Positions 50,700 to 64,000 of a stretch of DNA of 64,000 nt are shown piece by piece. The notes below the pieces were generated by a model. That model searched no databases. It was not told the origin of the DNA and worked only from the letters and a program-made list of their open reading frames with translations. The position numbers were made by a program, and so were the translations under genes. The stretch comes from Hypanus sabinus (Eukaryota): NCBI RefSeq assembly GCF_030144855.1, contig NC_082721.1, forward strand, positions 43,276,001 through 43,340,000, given 5' to 3'. Within the stretch, counting starts at the first letter, position 1. Each line of letters opens with the position of its first letter.

Positions 50700-51310
50700 G
50701 TTTTTTTTTCTAACAATGATGAGGAGGGTATTGTTTCATTCTACCAGGGGGTAAGAGGCAGCCAGCAGACTCCTCCAGTTGCATCTGGGAATGCGATCCA
50801 TGGCCGACTATTCCATTGGTTACGTATCCTAATGGCAGAGAGTAGGTTTTGGTTGCTCTTTTTAGAAGTGGATGACATCACCAGCTAAAAGACATTCCTA
50901 CAACCAGGGTTTAGGTAAGGATCTGCAGGAATTCTGGACATCATCAGAAGAATCAACAACCATATTTGTAAAAGAAGGTTGGAGAGGCATGGCAGTTTCA
51001 CCTGGAAGGCCATTTTCTGGAGCTACCCAATGACTACCCTGGTTCCTCAATCTGATAATGGATGCAGATCCCCGCAGACATCTCCAGGAGATCCAATGCA
51101 ACTTGGAAGGACCTGGGTCTCCCAGCAGAGCCAGGAGGACGTGTGAGGCAGCGGTGTTGCGATAATGTGGTAAAACAGATTTCTGAGTCACTTGCCATAC
51201 TGTGAGGGAAGAACTGGAACATTCTCAAGCTTTTCTCCCATTTTGTTGAGTCCCAGAGTGGTCTTCCAATCCGTGTTACCTTAGGGGAGACATCAACATT
51301 CTGTGAGAGC
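50700..51310 (-). mobile_element. L1-like ORF2 3' end, degraded
   Basis: Poly-T at 50701 (A-tail on minus); degenerate zinc-knuckle and post-knuckle segments in ORFs 50898..51191 and 51034..51342. Confidence 0.45.
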
Positions 51311-54173
51311 CCTGACGGCCTGGAAAGCACATCTACTCCCAAGTCGCAGTTTTCTTGCAGTCTGCATTAGGTTTTCCTTCAGGATTTCCATGTATTTTGC
51401 TGCATTTATCTTACCTGCTACTTTCACAAGCCTTCTGTGGCCTGCTGCAGAGAAGCATGCCCACAGCATGATGCAGCCACCAGCATGCTTCAAGGGAGGG
51501 ATGTTGTGCTTTTGCTGATATGAAGTGTTTGGCTTATGTCAAACATAATGTTTTGTCGGATGGCTAAAAAGCTCAAAATTGATTTAATCAGACCATAAAA
51601 CCTGCTTCAAACTGACTTCAGAGTGTTCCACATGCCTTCTGGTAAACTCTAGCCGAGATTTCATGCAAATTTATTTCAACAGCGGCTTTCTCTTTGCCAC
51701 TCTCCCATAAAGCTGCAATTGTTGAAGCACCTGGACAACAGTTGTTGAATGCGCAATCTATACTGTCTCAACAACTAAAGCTTGTGTTTCTTCCGGATTT
51801 GAAATAGGTTTTTTGGTGGTCTCCTTAACCAGTTCCTGCACGTTCACTCAGTTTTTGAGGATGGCCTGCTCCAGGCAGATTTACAGCTGTGCCATGTTCT
51901 TTCCATTGTTGTTGATTGCCTTAACTCTACTCCAAGAGATATTTAGTGACTTGGACATTTTCTTTTCCATTTCCTGGCTATACTTTTCAATAACCTTTTC
52001 ACAAAGTTGCTTGGAGTGTTCTTTTGTCTTCATGGTGTAGCGTTTGCCAGGATACTGACTCACCTGACAAAAGTGTGAGTGGAAAAATGTTTGTGGAACC
52101 GAAGGAGATAGAGGAGGAACTTAATGAATAATTTGCTTCAGTATTCACTACAGGAAAGGACATTTGCGATTGTAGGGGTGACTGTTAGCGGACTGAAAAG
52201 CTTGAACATAAAGATTTGCTGGAGCTTTTGGATAGCATCAAGTTGGATAAGTCACCAGGACCAGACAAGATATAGCCCAGGCTACCGTGGCAGATGAGGG
52301 GGGAAATTGTTGATCCTCTGGCAATGATCCTCGCATTATCAATGGGGATGGGAGAGTTTCTGGAGGATTGGAGGGTTGCAAGAAAGGGAGCAGATATTCA
52401 AGAAAGGGAGTAGAGATACCCCAGGAAATTATAGACCAGTGAGTCTTACTTCAATAGTTGGTAAGTTGATGGAGAAGATCCTGAGAGGCAGGATTTATGA
52501 ATATTTGGAGAGGCATAATATAATTAGGAATAGGCAGCATGGTTTGTCAAAGGCAGGTTGTGCCTTACAAGACTGTTTGAATTTGTTGAGGATGTGACTA
52601 AGCACATTGATGAAGGTAGAGCAGTAGATGTAGTGTATATGGATTTCAGCAAGGTATTTGATAAGGTACCCCACGCAAAGCTCATTGAGAAAATAAGGAG
52701 GCATGGGATCCATGGGGACCTTGCTTGGTTGATCCAGAATTGGCTTCCCCACAGAAGGTTAAGAGTGGTTGCAGACAGATCATATTCTGAATGGAGGTTA
52801 GTGACCAGCAGAGTACCTCAGTGATCTATTCTGGTACCCCTTCTCTTCATGTTATTTATAAATGACCTGGATGAGGAAGTGGAGGGACGGGTTAGTAAAT
52901 TTGCTCTTGACACGAAGTTTCGGGGTGTTGTTGATAGTGTGGAGGCCTGTCAGAAGTTACAGTGGGAGACTGAAAGGATGCAAAACTGGGCTGAGAAGTA
53001 GGTGATGGGGTTCAACCCAAATAATTGTGAGGTGAATCATTTTGATAGGTCAGATATGATGGCAGAATATAGCATTAATAGTAAGACGTTTGGCAGTGTG
53101 GAGGATCAGAGGGATCTTGGGGTCCTTGTCCATAGGATGCTCAAAGCTGCTGCACAGGTTTCTGTGTGGTTAAGAAGACATTTGGTTCATTGGCTTTCAT
53201 CAACAGTGGGACTGAGTTTAAGAGCTGAGAAGTAATGTTACAGCTTTATAGAACCCTGGTCAGGCCCCACTTGGAGTACTGTGCTTAGTTCTGGTCACCT
53301 CAGTAAGGATATGGAAACTATAGAAATAATGTAGAGGAGATTTACAAAGATATTGCCTGGATTGGGGAGCATGCCTCATGAGAATAGGTTGAGTGAACTT
53401 GGCCTTTTCTCCTTGGAGCGGTGGAGGATGAAAGTTGACGTGATTGAAGTGTATAAGATGATGAGAGGCATTGATTGTGTGGATAATCAGAGGCTTTTTT
53501 CCTAGGTTTGAAATGCCTAACATGAGTGGGCACAATTTTAAGGTGTTTGGAAGTAGGTACAGAGGAGATATCAGGGGTACGTTTTTTACGCAGAGGGTGG
53601 TGAGTGTGTAATGTGCTGCTGGTGAGGGTAGTGGAGGCGGATATGATAGGGTCTTTTAAGAGACTCCTGGATAGGTACATGGAGATTAGAAAAATAGAGG
53701 GCTATGGGTAACCCTAGGTAATTTATGAAATAGGTACATGTTTGGTATAGCATTGTGGGCTGACGGGCCTGTATGTGCCGTAGGTTTTCTCTGTTCTATG
53801 TTCTATGTTTACCAGCAGTTGGACTTTACAGAGACAGATGTCTTTTAACTACAATCAATTGAAACACTTTGTCTATGCACAGTGATATCCATTTATCTAA
53901 TTATGTGACTTCTGAAACCAATTGGCTGCACCAGTGATTATTTGATGTGTCATATTAAAGGGAGTGAATAACTATGCAACCAAGTATTTTCTGTTTTATA
54001 TTTCTTAATTATTTTAGATCAATTTGTAGAGATTTAATTTCACTTTGACATGAAAGAATCTTTTTCTGTTGGTCAGTGTCAAAAAAGCCAAATTGAATCC
54101 ACTGTGATGCAATGTTGCAAAATAATAAAACATGAACACTTCCAAGGGGAATGGATACTTTTTATTGTCACTG
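51310..54173 (-). mobile_element. Tc1-like DNA transposon (5' TIR, transposase N-half), split by a CR1
   Basis: VKHAGGCIMLWACFSAAG..RLVKV.GKINAAKY.EILKENL (ORF 51293..51493); HTH segment HSKQLCEKVIEKY; TIR acagtgacaataaaaagtat at 54173. Confidence 0.9.
52065..53810 (+). mobile_element. CR1, (TTCTATG)n family, nested in Tc1
   Basis: RT motifs (ORFs 52376..52824); TTCTATG tail; ACC on both flanks. Confidence 0.92.
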
Positions 54174-56189
54174 TCTTTGTAGTTACAACTTCATAATCCT
54201 TAGATTAAATAGTTTTTGGATATAAGCCTGGTGGTTTGGTTGCCCCTATACTGGGATTAGTGCCTTCCTAGTGGTCCGAGTGGCCACCCTGAGTTTCAGA
54301 GAGTTCTGCTGTGAACCATGTTAAGTCATCAGCTGAGTTGCATCCTGACTGCTCAAAGCTAGATGTGAACTGAATGGAGTTGGCTTTAGTGCCTTCAGAG
54401 TACTTGGATTTGTTGGGGATGTTCATCAAGAGGATCGCCACTGCACTTTCCCCAGATAGGATCTATGATTGCGTTGTCAATTTATAACTGGTATGTATCC
54501 TCCCTGGGAAAGCTCTATGTGTTGTCAATTATTGAAAGGCAAGCAATAGAGGAATATTCTGGAGTCATGGAGTGACAAGCTCATGGTTGATGGCAGGGAT
54601 CTCTTCGTATACTTGTTAGATGTATTTGAGAAGCAGCAAATGAACTTGTCAACAGTAAACAGTGCATAGCCATGTCACGTCTGAGTTTCCAACATTCATT
54701 GGAAGCAATCCTTCTATTTCCACCTCATTCGCCAACTAATAATGACTCCCTCTAAAGGAGAGTTAGCTTTGCTATAATCTGTCAACAATAAACATCTGAT
54801 TTGGTACACCATGTGATCTGGTTTTCAGGCTTCCCTGCCCTATATGAAACTGTCACAGAAGCAATAAAGGACTTGACAATTCCAAGTGTGGAAAAACTAA
54901 ATCAGCTGCTGAATCAGAATATCTGAATGCCACAGAAATGCATTGGAACCTTTGAGCTCAAGACTTGTTGCAAGATTGGATACAGGAAAGAGAAGACAGG
55001 CAGATCTTGGCGATGCCAATGACATGAACCGTATCATTCAGGTCCTTATCATGGCTTCTGACCAGGCATGCTGTTATGCTACTCAAGAAGAGTGATTTGC
55101 AGTTATTAATGATGAAATTCAATGGTTATTTGCTTTCCTGGAGCACAGCCAGAGACCTGCCATATCTACCAGCAGCCTGTTGAAAGCTTCATCTCCTCCA
55201 TGGTTTAGTCAATGGGTGCACCATGTCTGTTCAGAGTAGTTAAGATAACTATTGGAAAAGAAAAGACTCAAAAAGGAATTCTCATGGGCAGCGACATTCA
55301 AGCAGTGAACCTCATAGAGAAGATCGAGGACCAGAAAATATAACATTAACAGAAAGAATGTTTGGATTGGACCCTTCGACATTGTTGTTGAAATTCTTCC
55401 TTCCAAGAAGAAGCCTTTATAGATCTAGCCCTAGCATTTCTACCACCTAACAAAGTTCTACAAATATATGATCATTCAAGTGATCCTCATATTTCAGTGA
55501 AAATTTCTAGTGCAGATAATTCGGTATCACTAGCTGAGCAACAATACTTGACTGCCAAGACTCCAAATAAAGAGACACAAACAATATATAGGGAACATTC
55601 ATTATTGGGAACACCTGAAATAATGAGTTCCACAGGAAAGGAAGAGAGGAGACTGCAGCATCTTGAATTAGTTCCTTGTCACAGAATAATTTTGCAATGG
55701 CCTCCAGGGGAAAAAAAAATGTGACCAGGCAAATTGTTGATCAGTGTCTGTCCTCATTAATTATATTGTTGCTGACAGCTGTAACTGTCCTTCCAAGTTA
55801 GGTTCTATGAGCACTTCTCTGTTTCACCAGAAGTGATATCAGGTGATAACAGATATAATCATCGTTAAAAGGCAGTGTAGAAGTATATTTCTACAATGGG
55901 GAAATTGACAAGTTCTGCCTGAAATCAGGATACAGTACTGATGTCTTTGTCAATGTGGTAGAAAAAGTTGGGGATGGACCTGAGTAGATTTTCAAGTAAG
56001 AACTGTCCCACACAGCCAACAAAAACAGAGGCATAGCTGAGTCCATGTCAGTACTCATGGTTATGAGGTTCTTGAGTGTCATTGAAACTGTACTGATCCA
56101 GACAACTAGAGAGAATTCCATCACACTACTGAGTAACCTTGTAGGTGCAGAACAGGATTTGATGAGTTAGGTGGTGAGTTAATGCCATG

Positions 56190-57260
56190 TGTATGAAGTC
56201 CATTGTGCCAAACATTTTATTTTCCACCCAGGCTACCTGTGACTACACTTTCAGTTAAGCTTGTACTTGCGCTCCAAGGTACCTCTGTTCAACAACACTC
56301 CCCAGAGCCCTGCCATTCATGTGAAAGTCCTACCTAGATTTGATCTTGCAAAATGCAATGCCTTGCACTTATCCAAATTAAACTCCATTTGACATTTTCC
56401 ATCTCCCTGTAATTTATAATGACCTTCTTCATTGTCTGTCTGCAATACCACATATTTTTCTGTCATCTGCAAACTTATTAATCATGTCTGCTTGTTCTTA
56501 TTCAAATTGTTAATAGAGATGGCAAACATTTATGAGCTCAGCACCATACCCCGAGGCACACCCTAGTAATGGGCAACCAGACTGAGAAACGATTCTCGAC
56601 TTTGTTTGCTCCCTCTGCCAGTTACTATCAAGCCAGTTGTGTCACCAATTAGTCAACTCTTACTGGATTGCATATGATCCATCCTTCCAGAGCAACTTAA
56701 TAAGTGAACATTAAAGACGTTTAGAAGTTCACATTAATCACCTCTGTGGCCCTGCCCTCATTGGCTTTCATATATTGTATGATCAAAAATCTCATTCATT
56801 CAGAAGACATGAACTCCCTTGCACAAAGTCATGCCAATGCCTTTAATTAACCCATGTGTGGACCGTCTTGGCTCAAAATGTTGACTGTACTATTTTCCAT
56901 TCACGCTGCCTGGCCTGCTGAGCTCCTCTGGCATTTTGTGTGTGTTGCTTGGATTTCCAGCATCTGCAGATTTCCTCTTTTACATGTCTTTCAAGATGTG
57001 TGCATATCTTACCCCTCAGAAAGCTCTCCCGTATTTACCTGCCCCAGATGTTAAACTAACTGGTCTATAGTTCCCAGTACTCTTTTCCATCCTTTCCCTT
57101 TATATGCACAATATTTGCTACCATCCAGTCCTCTTACCAGCAAATGATGAAGCAAATATCTGAACAAAGGCTCTATAGCCAACCACTTTGTTGTTGAATA
57201 TAGCTAGTCAGGCTCTGGCGATCTTTTGACCTCCATATATTTTCAAAACTTCTAGCAAAG
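56190..57260 (-). mobile_element. Old CR1 remnant, positional paralog of 8700-10000
   Basis: Shares idiosyncratic degenerate segments with copy A (e.g. gatgaagcaaatat); contains a pLTR piece at about 56870-56980. Confidence 0.7.
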
Positions 57261-57555
57261 ATGGATCTTTGCAATTCCCAAGTAAACAATAGAAACCATC
57301 TCATTGAATAGATTCATGGCTGCATCTGAGCAGTGGAAACTTGATAATGGGATTGCAGCAAGAACGTGTAGTTCAGGCTGAGGTCATGTTACCATGACCT
57401 GACTGAATGATGAGGCAGCAAGAAGCAGCCATATGCACTGATCCTGACCACCTCTCCAGAGTTCTTTTGGTCAGAGATATTGATGATAAGACTCAGGTCG
57501 TGAAGACACAATTTGTGTGAGATCAGGTTTAGTGACCACGTTTGTTTGCTTACAT

Positions 57556-60321
57556 ATATAACCATATAACAATCACAGCACGGAAACAGGCCATCTTGGC
57601 CCTCCTAGTCCGTGCCAAACTCTTAATCTCACCTAGTCCCACCTACCCGCACTCAGCCCATAACCCTCCACTGCTTTCCTGTCCATATACCTATCGAATT
57701 TTACCTTAAATGACACAACTGGACTGGCCGCTACTACTTCTACAGGAAGCTCATTCCACACAGCTATCACTCTCTGAGTAAAGAAATACCCCCTCATTTC
57801 CCTTAAACTTTTGCCCCCTAACTCTCAAATCATGTCCTCTCGTTTGAATCTCCCCCACTCTCAATGGAAACAGCCTATTCACGTCAACTCTATCTATCCC
57901 TCTAATAATTTTAAATACCTCGATCAAATCCCCCCTCAACCTTCTACACTCCAATGAATAGAGACCTAACTTGTTCAACCTTTCTCTGTAACTTAAGTGC
58001 TGAAACCCAGGTAACATCCTAGTAAATCTTCTCTGCACTTTCTCTAATTTATTGATAACTTTCCTATAATTCGGTGACCAGAACTGTACACAATATTCCA
58101 AATTTGGCCTTACCAATGCCTTGTACAATTTTAACATTACATCCCAACTTCTGTACTCAGTGCTCTGATTTATAAAGGCCAGCATTCCAAAAGCCTTCTT
58201 CACCACCCTATCTACATGAGACTCCACCTTCAGGAAACTATGCACTGTTATTCCTAGATCTCTCTGTTCCACTGCATTCCTCAATGCCCTACCATTTACC
58301 CTGTATGTTCTATTTGGATTATTCCTGCCAAAATGTAGAACCTCACACTTCTCAGCATTAAACTCCATCTGCCAATGTTCAGCCCATTCTTCTAACCGGC
58401 ATAAATCTCCCTGCAAGCTTTGAAAACCCACCTCATTATCCACAACACCTCCTACCTTAGTATCATCGGCATACTTACTAATCCAATTTACCACCCCATC
58501 ATCCAGATCATTTATGTATATTACAAACAACATTGGGCCCAAAACAGATCCCTGAGGCACCCCGCTAGTCACCGGCCTCCATCCCGATAAACAATTATCC
58601 ACCACTACTCTCTGGCATCTCCCATCTAGCCACTGTTGAATATATTTTATTACTCCAGCATTAATACCTAATGACTGAACCTTCTTAACTAACCTCCATG
58701 TGGAACTTTGTCAAAGGCCTTGCTGAAGTCCATATAGACTACATCCACTGCCTTACCGTCATCAACATTCCTCGTAACTTCTTCAAAAAATTCAATAAGG
58801 TTTGTCAAACATGACCTTCCACGCACAAATCCATGCTGGCTACTCCTAATCAGACCCTGTCTATACAGATAATTATAAATACTATCTCTAAGAATACTTT
58901 CCATTAATTTACCCACCACTGATGTAAAACTGACAGGTCTATAATTGCTAGGCTTACTTCTAGAACCCTTTTTAAACAATGGAACCAAATGAGCAATATG
59001 CCAATCCTCCGGCACAATCCCTGTTTATAATGACATCTGAAAGATCTCCGTCAGAGCTCCTGCTATCTCTACACAAACCTCCTTCAAGGTCCTGGGGAAT
59101 ATCCTGTCAGGACCCAGAGATTTATCCACTTTTAAATTTCTTAAAAGTGCCAGTACTTCCACCTCTTTAATTGTCATAGGTTCCATAACTTCCTTACTTG
59201 TTTCCCACACCTTACACAATTCAATATCCTTCTCCTTAGTGAATACTGAAGAGAAGAAATTGTTCAAAATCTCTCCCATCTCCCTCAGCTCCACACATAG
59301 CTGACCACCCTGATTCTCTAAGGGACCAATTTTATCCCTCACTATCCTCTTGCTTTTAATATAACTGTAGAAACCTTTCAGATTTACTTTCACCTTATTT
59401 GCCAAACCAACCTCGTATCTTCTTTTAGCTTTTCTAATCTCTTTCTTAAGATTCCTTTTACATTCTTTATATTCCTCCAGCAATTCCTTTACTCCATGCT
59501 GCCTATATCTATTGTAGACATCCCTCTTTTTCCAAACCAAGTTTCTAATATCCCTTGAAAACCATGGTGCTTTCAAACCTTTAACGTTTCCTTTCAACCT
59601 AACAGGAACATAAAGATTCTGTACCCTCATAATTTCACCATTAAATGACCTCCATTTCTCTATTACATCCTTCCCATAAAACAACTTGACCCAATCCACT
59701 CTCTCCAAATCCCTTCGCATCTCCTCAAAGTTAGCCTTCCTCCAATCAAAAATCTCAACTCTAGGTCCAGTCCTGTCCTTCTCCACAATTATATTGAAGC
59801 TAATGCTATTCTGATCACTGGACCCGAAGTGCTCCCCAACACATACATCTGTCAGCTGACCTATTGCATTCCCTAACAGGAGATCCAACACTGCCCCATC
59901 TCTAGTCGGTACTTCTATGTATTGTTGCAAAAAACTATCCTGCACACATTTCACAAACTCTAAAACATCCAGCCCTTTTACAGAATGAGCTTCCCAATCA
60001 ACGTGTGGAAAATTAAAATCTCCCACAATCACCACCTTATGTTTACTACAAATATCTGCTACCTCCTTACACATTTGTTCTTCCAACTCATGCTCCCCAT
60101 TAGGTGGCCTATAATACACTCCTATCAGTGTTACTACACCTTCCCCATTCCTCAATTCCACCCAAACAGTCTCCCTAGAGGAGCTCTCTAAGCACTGCCA
60201 TAAGATTTTCTCGGACAAGCAATGCAACACCTCCTCCTCTGGCCCCTCCTACTCTATCACACCTGAAGCAACTAAATCCAGGAATATTTAGTTGCCAATC
60301 ACACCCTTCCTGCAACCATGT
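57556..60321 (-). mobile_element. Young CR1 (family of 17940-21452), 5'-truncated inside the APE domain
   Basis: ORFs 57751..58605, 58689..59015 and 59025..60230; (AACCATAT)n tail at 57556; ACAT TSD. Confidence 0.97.
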
Positions 60322-61814
60322 GGACATCAGTGGACATAGCTATAAACCTCACTGATGCACACATATGTATTATCCCAATTCCAGTCAGACCCTAACAGCA
60401 GGTTTCTCTTGTCTCTTGCTCAACCCCTCAACATAATCGGGGCTTATTTGTTCTTGGCCTCAACTCCACCATGCCCAATGTTCCCTACACAGCGTCGACT
60501 ACAATAGAGAGCAGCATTTTCTAATTCAGTCTCAAGTATATTCAATGTCTACTCCTCCATATTTGTCTGAGGTGGAGAATACCACAGATTCAGGACCCCT
60601 GAAGAAGAGAGATCCTTCCCAAGCTCCTACATTACTGGGGCACCCATTATTCTGAAATTGCATTCCTCGGGAGAGTCTGGGACCTGGTAGTCAGATGCCC
60701 TCTCAGCATCTATCCCTTCCTGCTCCTATATCATCAGTTCTTTTGTAATGTCTAAGTTGTCTGTTTCTATCACAATTCCATCATTTCACATTGGTAGCTG
60801 AATTACCAGCACTTTTTCTCAACACTGTGCCTATATTTTAATAAGCCAAAATTAAGAGAAAACTTTTGGAAAATTGCCATGATCCTTGTCCAGCATCATA
60901 ATAATGTTGAAGCAACAGCTGAACGCTGAGCACAGGACCTGATAGCTCAAACACACTAGGGTCAGACATGTTTTGGCACCAGAACATTATCATGAGCACA
61001 ATCTTGTAAATGGCTACACTTTTAGCAGTGGAGAGGCTCACTCCCATGAAGATAATGGGGCAGCATGGGTGTGTCGTGATAAGCACAAAGTTTTACTGGT
61101 GACCTGGATTGAGTTCCCAATGCTGCCTGGAAGGAACTTGTACATTATCTCCATTACTGCATGGATTTCGTCTGGATGATCCAGTTTCCTCCGATGGTCA
61201 AAAGATGTACTGGTTGGAAGGTCATTGTAAATTCATCTGTGATTAAGCAAAGGTTAAAGTAATGGAGTGCTGAGTGGAATGACTCAAAGGGCTGGAAGGG
61301 CCAACTCCATGCTATATCCCAATAAGTAATAAATAACTAAATAGACAGATAAAAAGATCAATAAATCTATAGAAAAAGAGATAAATAATTAATTAGTAAA
61401 TAAATAGACAAACAGATTGACAGATCAATAAATAAATAGATACACAGAGGGATAAATTTACCAACAAAAAATAAATAATGAGAAAGGTGCTATGGGATCA
61501 CCTGTCCATCATAAATGTGACAGTTCAATTTTCAGAAGACAGTGCTCCAGGAAAGAAACCCATCTAACCAGAATCTATTTTTTGCAAAGAGGGAGGTGAT
61601 GTCACACTGGCCATTCCAGCAGGGAATTCACATTCCAGTATCAGCATCCTTCCACCAAACTCTTAATGCTCCTCTTCTGGACTGACAATTCACAGAATTG
61701 TCTGTGCAAATATAGGAGGGTAAAGTTAATAAATTTATTATCTTGAACAGATTACCTACTAAATCAGTCTTGCTTTAGTTTATAGTGAGCCATGACTAGA
61801 AAAGATTGCTTTGT

Positions 61815-61953
61815 AAAACGCAAACTCGAGGAAATCTGCATATGCTGGAAATTCAAGCAACACACACAAAATGCTAGTGGAATGCAACAGGCCAGGCTGC
61901 ATCTATAGGAAGAAGTACAGTCGACGTTTCAGGCCGAGATTCTTTGTCAGGAC
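61815..61953 (-). mobile_element. Solo Penelope pLTR with degenerate hammerhead
   Basis: caacacacacaaaatgctagtggaatgc...; minus strand CTGACAA-agaatctcggcct-GAAAC-GTC. Confidence 0.8.
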
Positions 61954-63782
61954 TGATGAAACTTGACTTGACTTTGAAATTGTGAAACTAATGAATTTTA
62001 AGTACATTTGAAAAAAAGTATTTAATGAAGGAAGGTATGATCATGGTAAATATGGGTTATTTTACAGTTATTCCATTCTCAGTTGTGGTTGTGACAAATT
62101 TTCACTAGCTCAATGTCCAGAATGGGTCAAAATTCATTCGTTCTCCAATCCTACAGTACTTCCTGGACGTTGATCAAAATCCTTGGATTAAAATCTCTCA
62201 ATGAAATCATCCTACACTTCGGTTTGGGAACAGGAAATGTGGCTGCCCTTCACATGGTGACTTTCTTTGTTTCCCACACTTGACCAATGGACATGGCCAC
62301 ACTGTGGTTTCCAGACCCAGAGATCCAGGAACCAAAACCTGGCCTCATCTCTGTTGTTTCTTGGATAGACCCAGGGTGAATTCTTCAATTGAATAAAGGC
62401 ATACAGGAAGTAGCTTCCGATACTACCTTCATATCAGTTGTCACTGAATGGAATGTCAATAACCCCATTTTACACACTTACCCAAAGTTAAAGTTCTCAG
62501 TTTTATTCTTTGTTTGTTCCAATTCTCAAAGTTTCTCTGAGGGCATCAGGAGCAGCAGTTCCCTGACCCAGTGACCCCTCTTTCCACGAGAAGCCAGACA
62601 GTGAGTATGGACAGACAAGGACAAGTGACACAATTTGGTGCAGTTCTGCCCTCCTCACACAGCAAGCAATCCAGATCACTGACATTGAACAGGCATATGG
62701 ACATCCCAATGAGCAGGGGTGCTTGTTGTAGTTACTGCTTTCTCTATGGAAGATCAATTGATCTATTCTCAAACAGGAACCAAACAGTGGAACTCATTGG
62801 TATATATATATCTCAGTAAATCATTATTGAGAAGACACATTCTATGATATCTAGCTGCCCATTAATGGCTATGGTCAATGACATACATCTCCCTTGAATC
62901 AACTGCCCATTTATTGCATTCAGATCGAGCCACCCATTACAGGAAAGATGTGGCTGCTTTGAAGACGGTGCAGAAAAGGTTTACCAGGATGCTGCCTAAA
63001 GTTGAGAGCATGTGCAATAAGGAGGTGTTGGGCAAATCTGGTATATATTTCCCATGATAAATGTGTCTGATATGAGATGGCATGCAACTATGATAAGAGG
63101 GGTAAGTTCAAAGGAGATTTGCAGGGCATATGTTTACACAAAGAATTCTGACTGCCTAGGATGCACTGCCAGATTTGTGGAGTCAAATGTGATAGAAGAT
63201 TTAAAAGCCTCTTAGGTAGGCACATGAACTTGCAGAGAAGGAAGACATATGAACGTTATGTACGCAAGAAGGAATTGTTTTGTTGGGCATTAATTAACCT
63301 CGTGGCTCAAAAGGCCAGTTCCTGTTCTGTACTATTCTCTGTTCCTTTCCGATCATTACATAATACGAATATCTCCATTTCTGTTCTCCTTGAGAGACCA
63401 TGGATTCAGAGATTTATGACCTGGGTTTGCATTATTCAGTGGATTGTCATGAATGAATGTTAATGATGCAGTGTGCCTTAACATCATTTAAGAGAAATAC
63501 CCCACTGGAGTTAATTATTTCATTATGTTCCACCAGAAACTAATATCCTGAATATCCTTGTAGCCCAAGCTATTTACAAAGCAATCAGCACGATTCTCGA
63601 TGCTATAATCAACTGTGAAATCTGTCCTTCGCAGTTTGCTACAAAGTAGAGTAAAATCAATCTGCTGTCATTCCTCCCCCGACCCCCCCTGACACTCCAA
63701 TGGCTATCCCACTATTGATCAGCCCACTGGTTTGGACTGCAGCTGCATTTGGCAAAATGGTGCAGAGTAAACCAGAGCTCAC

Positions 63783-63826
63783 CAGTTCCAGGGTTGCCGA
63801 GGTTCCCCTTTATTCTCGTTTTCTTT
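63783..63826 (-). other. Candidate 44-nt exon of an unidentified gene (copy B)
   Basis: ctgcttctgtAG acceptor and CTG|GTGAGC donor; KKTRIKGNLGNPGT. Confidence 0.4.
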
Positions 63827-63869
63827 CTACAGAAGCAGCAGGCCATGCATTGGGAGTATCAGCACAAGG

Positions 63870-64000
63870 ATGCCTCGGTAGCATGTGAGCGGTGTCATAC
63901 AGTGCTGATATCTCACAGCTTCCGTGACCTAGATTTGATTCCGAGCTTGTCCATGTGAAGTTTGTATGTACTCTCTGTGACTACTTGAGTTTCCCACTGA
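63870..64000 (+). mobile_element. V-SINE/HE1-like SINE head (paralog of 10740-10870)
   Basis: Same position relative to the unique flank as in copy A. Confidence 0.6.

Larger units (their letters stand above)
54175..64000 (+). repeat. Segmental duplication copy B (paralog of 7290-10870, expanded by insertions; runs off the window end)
   Basis: Same anchors as copy A, in the same order and orientation. Confidence 0.8.

Noticed and set aside
62300-62306. CACTGTG heptamer with PGTK downstream, and a minus-strand RPGFGSWISGSG V-like stretch
   Set aside because: The nearest nonamer-like sequence is 29 nt away, there is no FGxG, no YxC follows, and stops flank it. Heptamers at 17055, 30716, 47285 and 53879 fail the same way.
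62335-62540. Possible minus-strand exon pair (RNFENWNKQRIKLRTLTL / EFTLGLSKKQQR*)
   Set aside because: Only one strong donor; weak acceptors, no counterpart in copy A, and no clean phase link to the 44-nt exon.
1-64000. CRISPR arrays, tRNA/rRNA genes, prokaryotic operons
   Set aside because: No regularly spaced repeat-spacer array or intact structural RNA gene seen; tRNA-like heads are degenerate SINE parts.

Overview
Repeat-dense vertebrate genomic DNA. The repeat families and the Ig sequence suggest a cartilaginous fish, probably a ray (inference). It contains three N gaps (17387-17534, 24540-24739, 49245-49393). Most of the window is transposon-derived: young and old CR1 LINEs, Penelope-like elements with hammerhead remnants, Rex1/Babar, Tx1, R4/Rex6, RTE-type and L1-like fragments, Gypsy remnants, Tc1, a hAT MITE and SINEs. 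The one confidently identifiable host coding exon is an intact immunoglobulin light-chain constant (C1-set) exon on the minus strand (22391-22713). It is lambda-type with lambda-2-like motifs, and has a good splice acceptor, a terminal Cys and two polyA signals. No V exon, canonical J or RSS is visible anywhere in the window. Instead, two small phase-compatible candidate exons sit just upstream of C, one ending in a degenerate J-like motif. This raises the hypothesis of a V-less, surrogate-light-chain-like gene; a V-J hidden in the 24.5 kb gap is the main alternative. An old direct segmental duplication (about 7.3-10.9 kb vs 54.2-64 kb) brackets the C exon and carries a shared, unrecognised minus-strand exon chain. 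No tRNA/rRNA genes or CRISPR arrays were seen.
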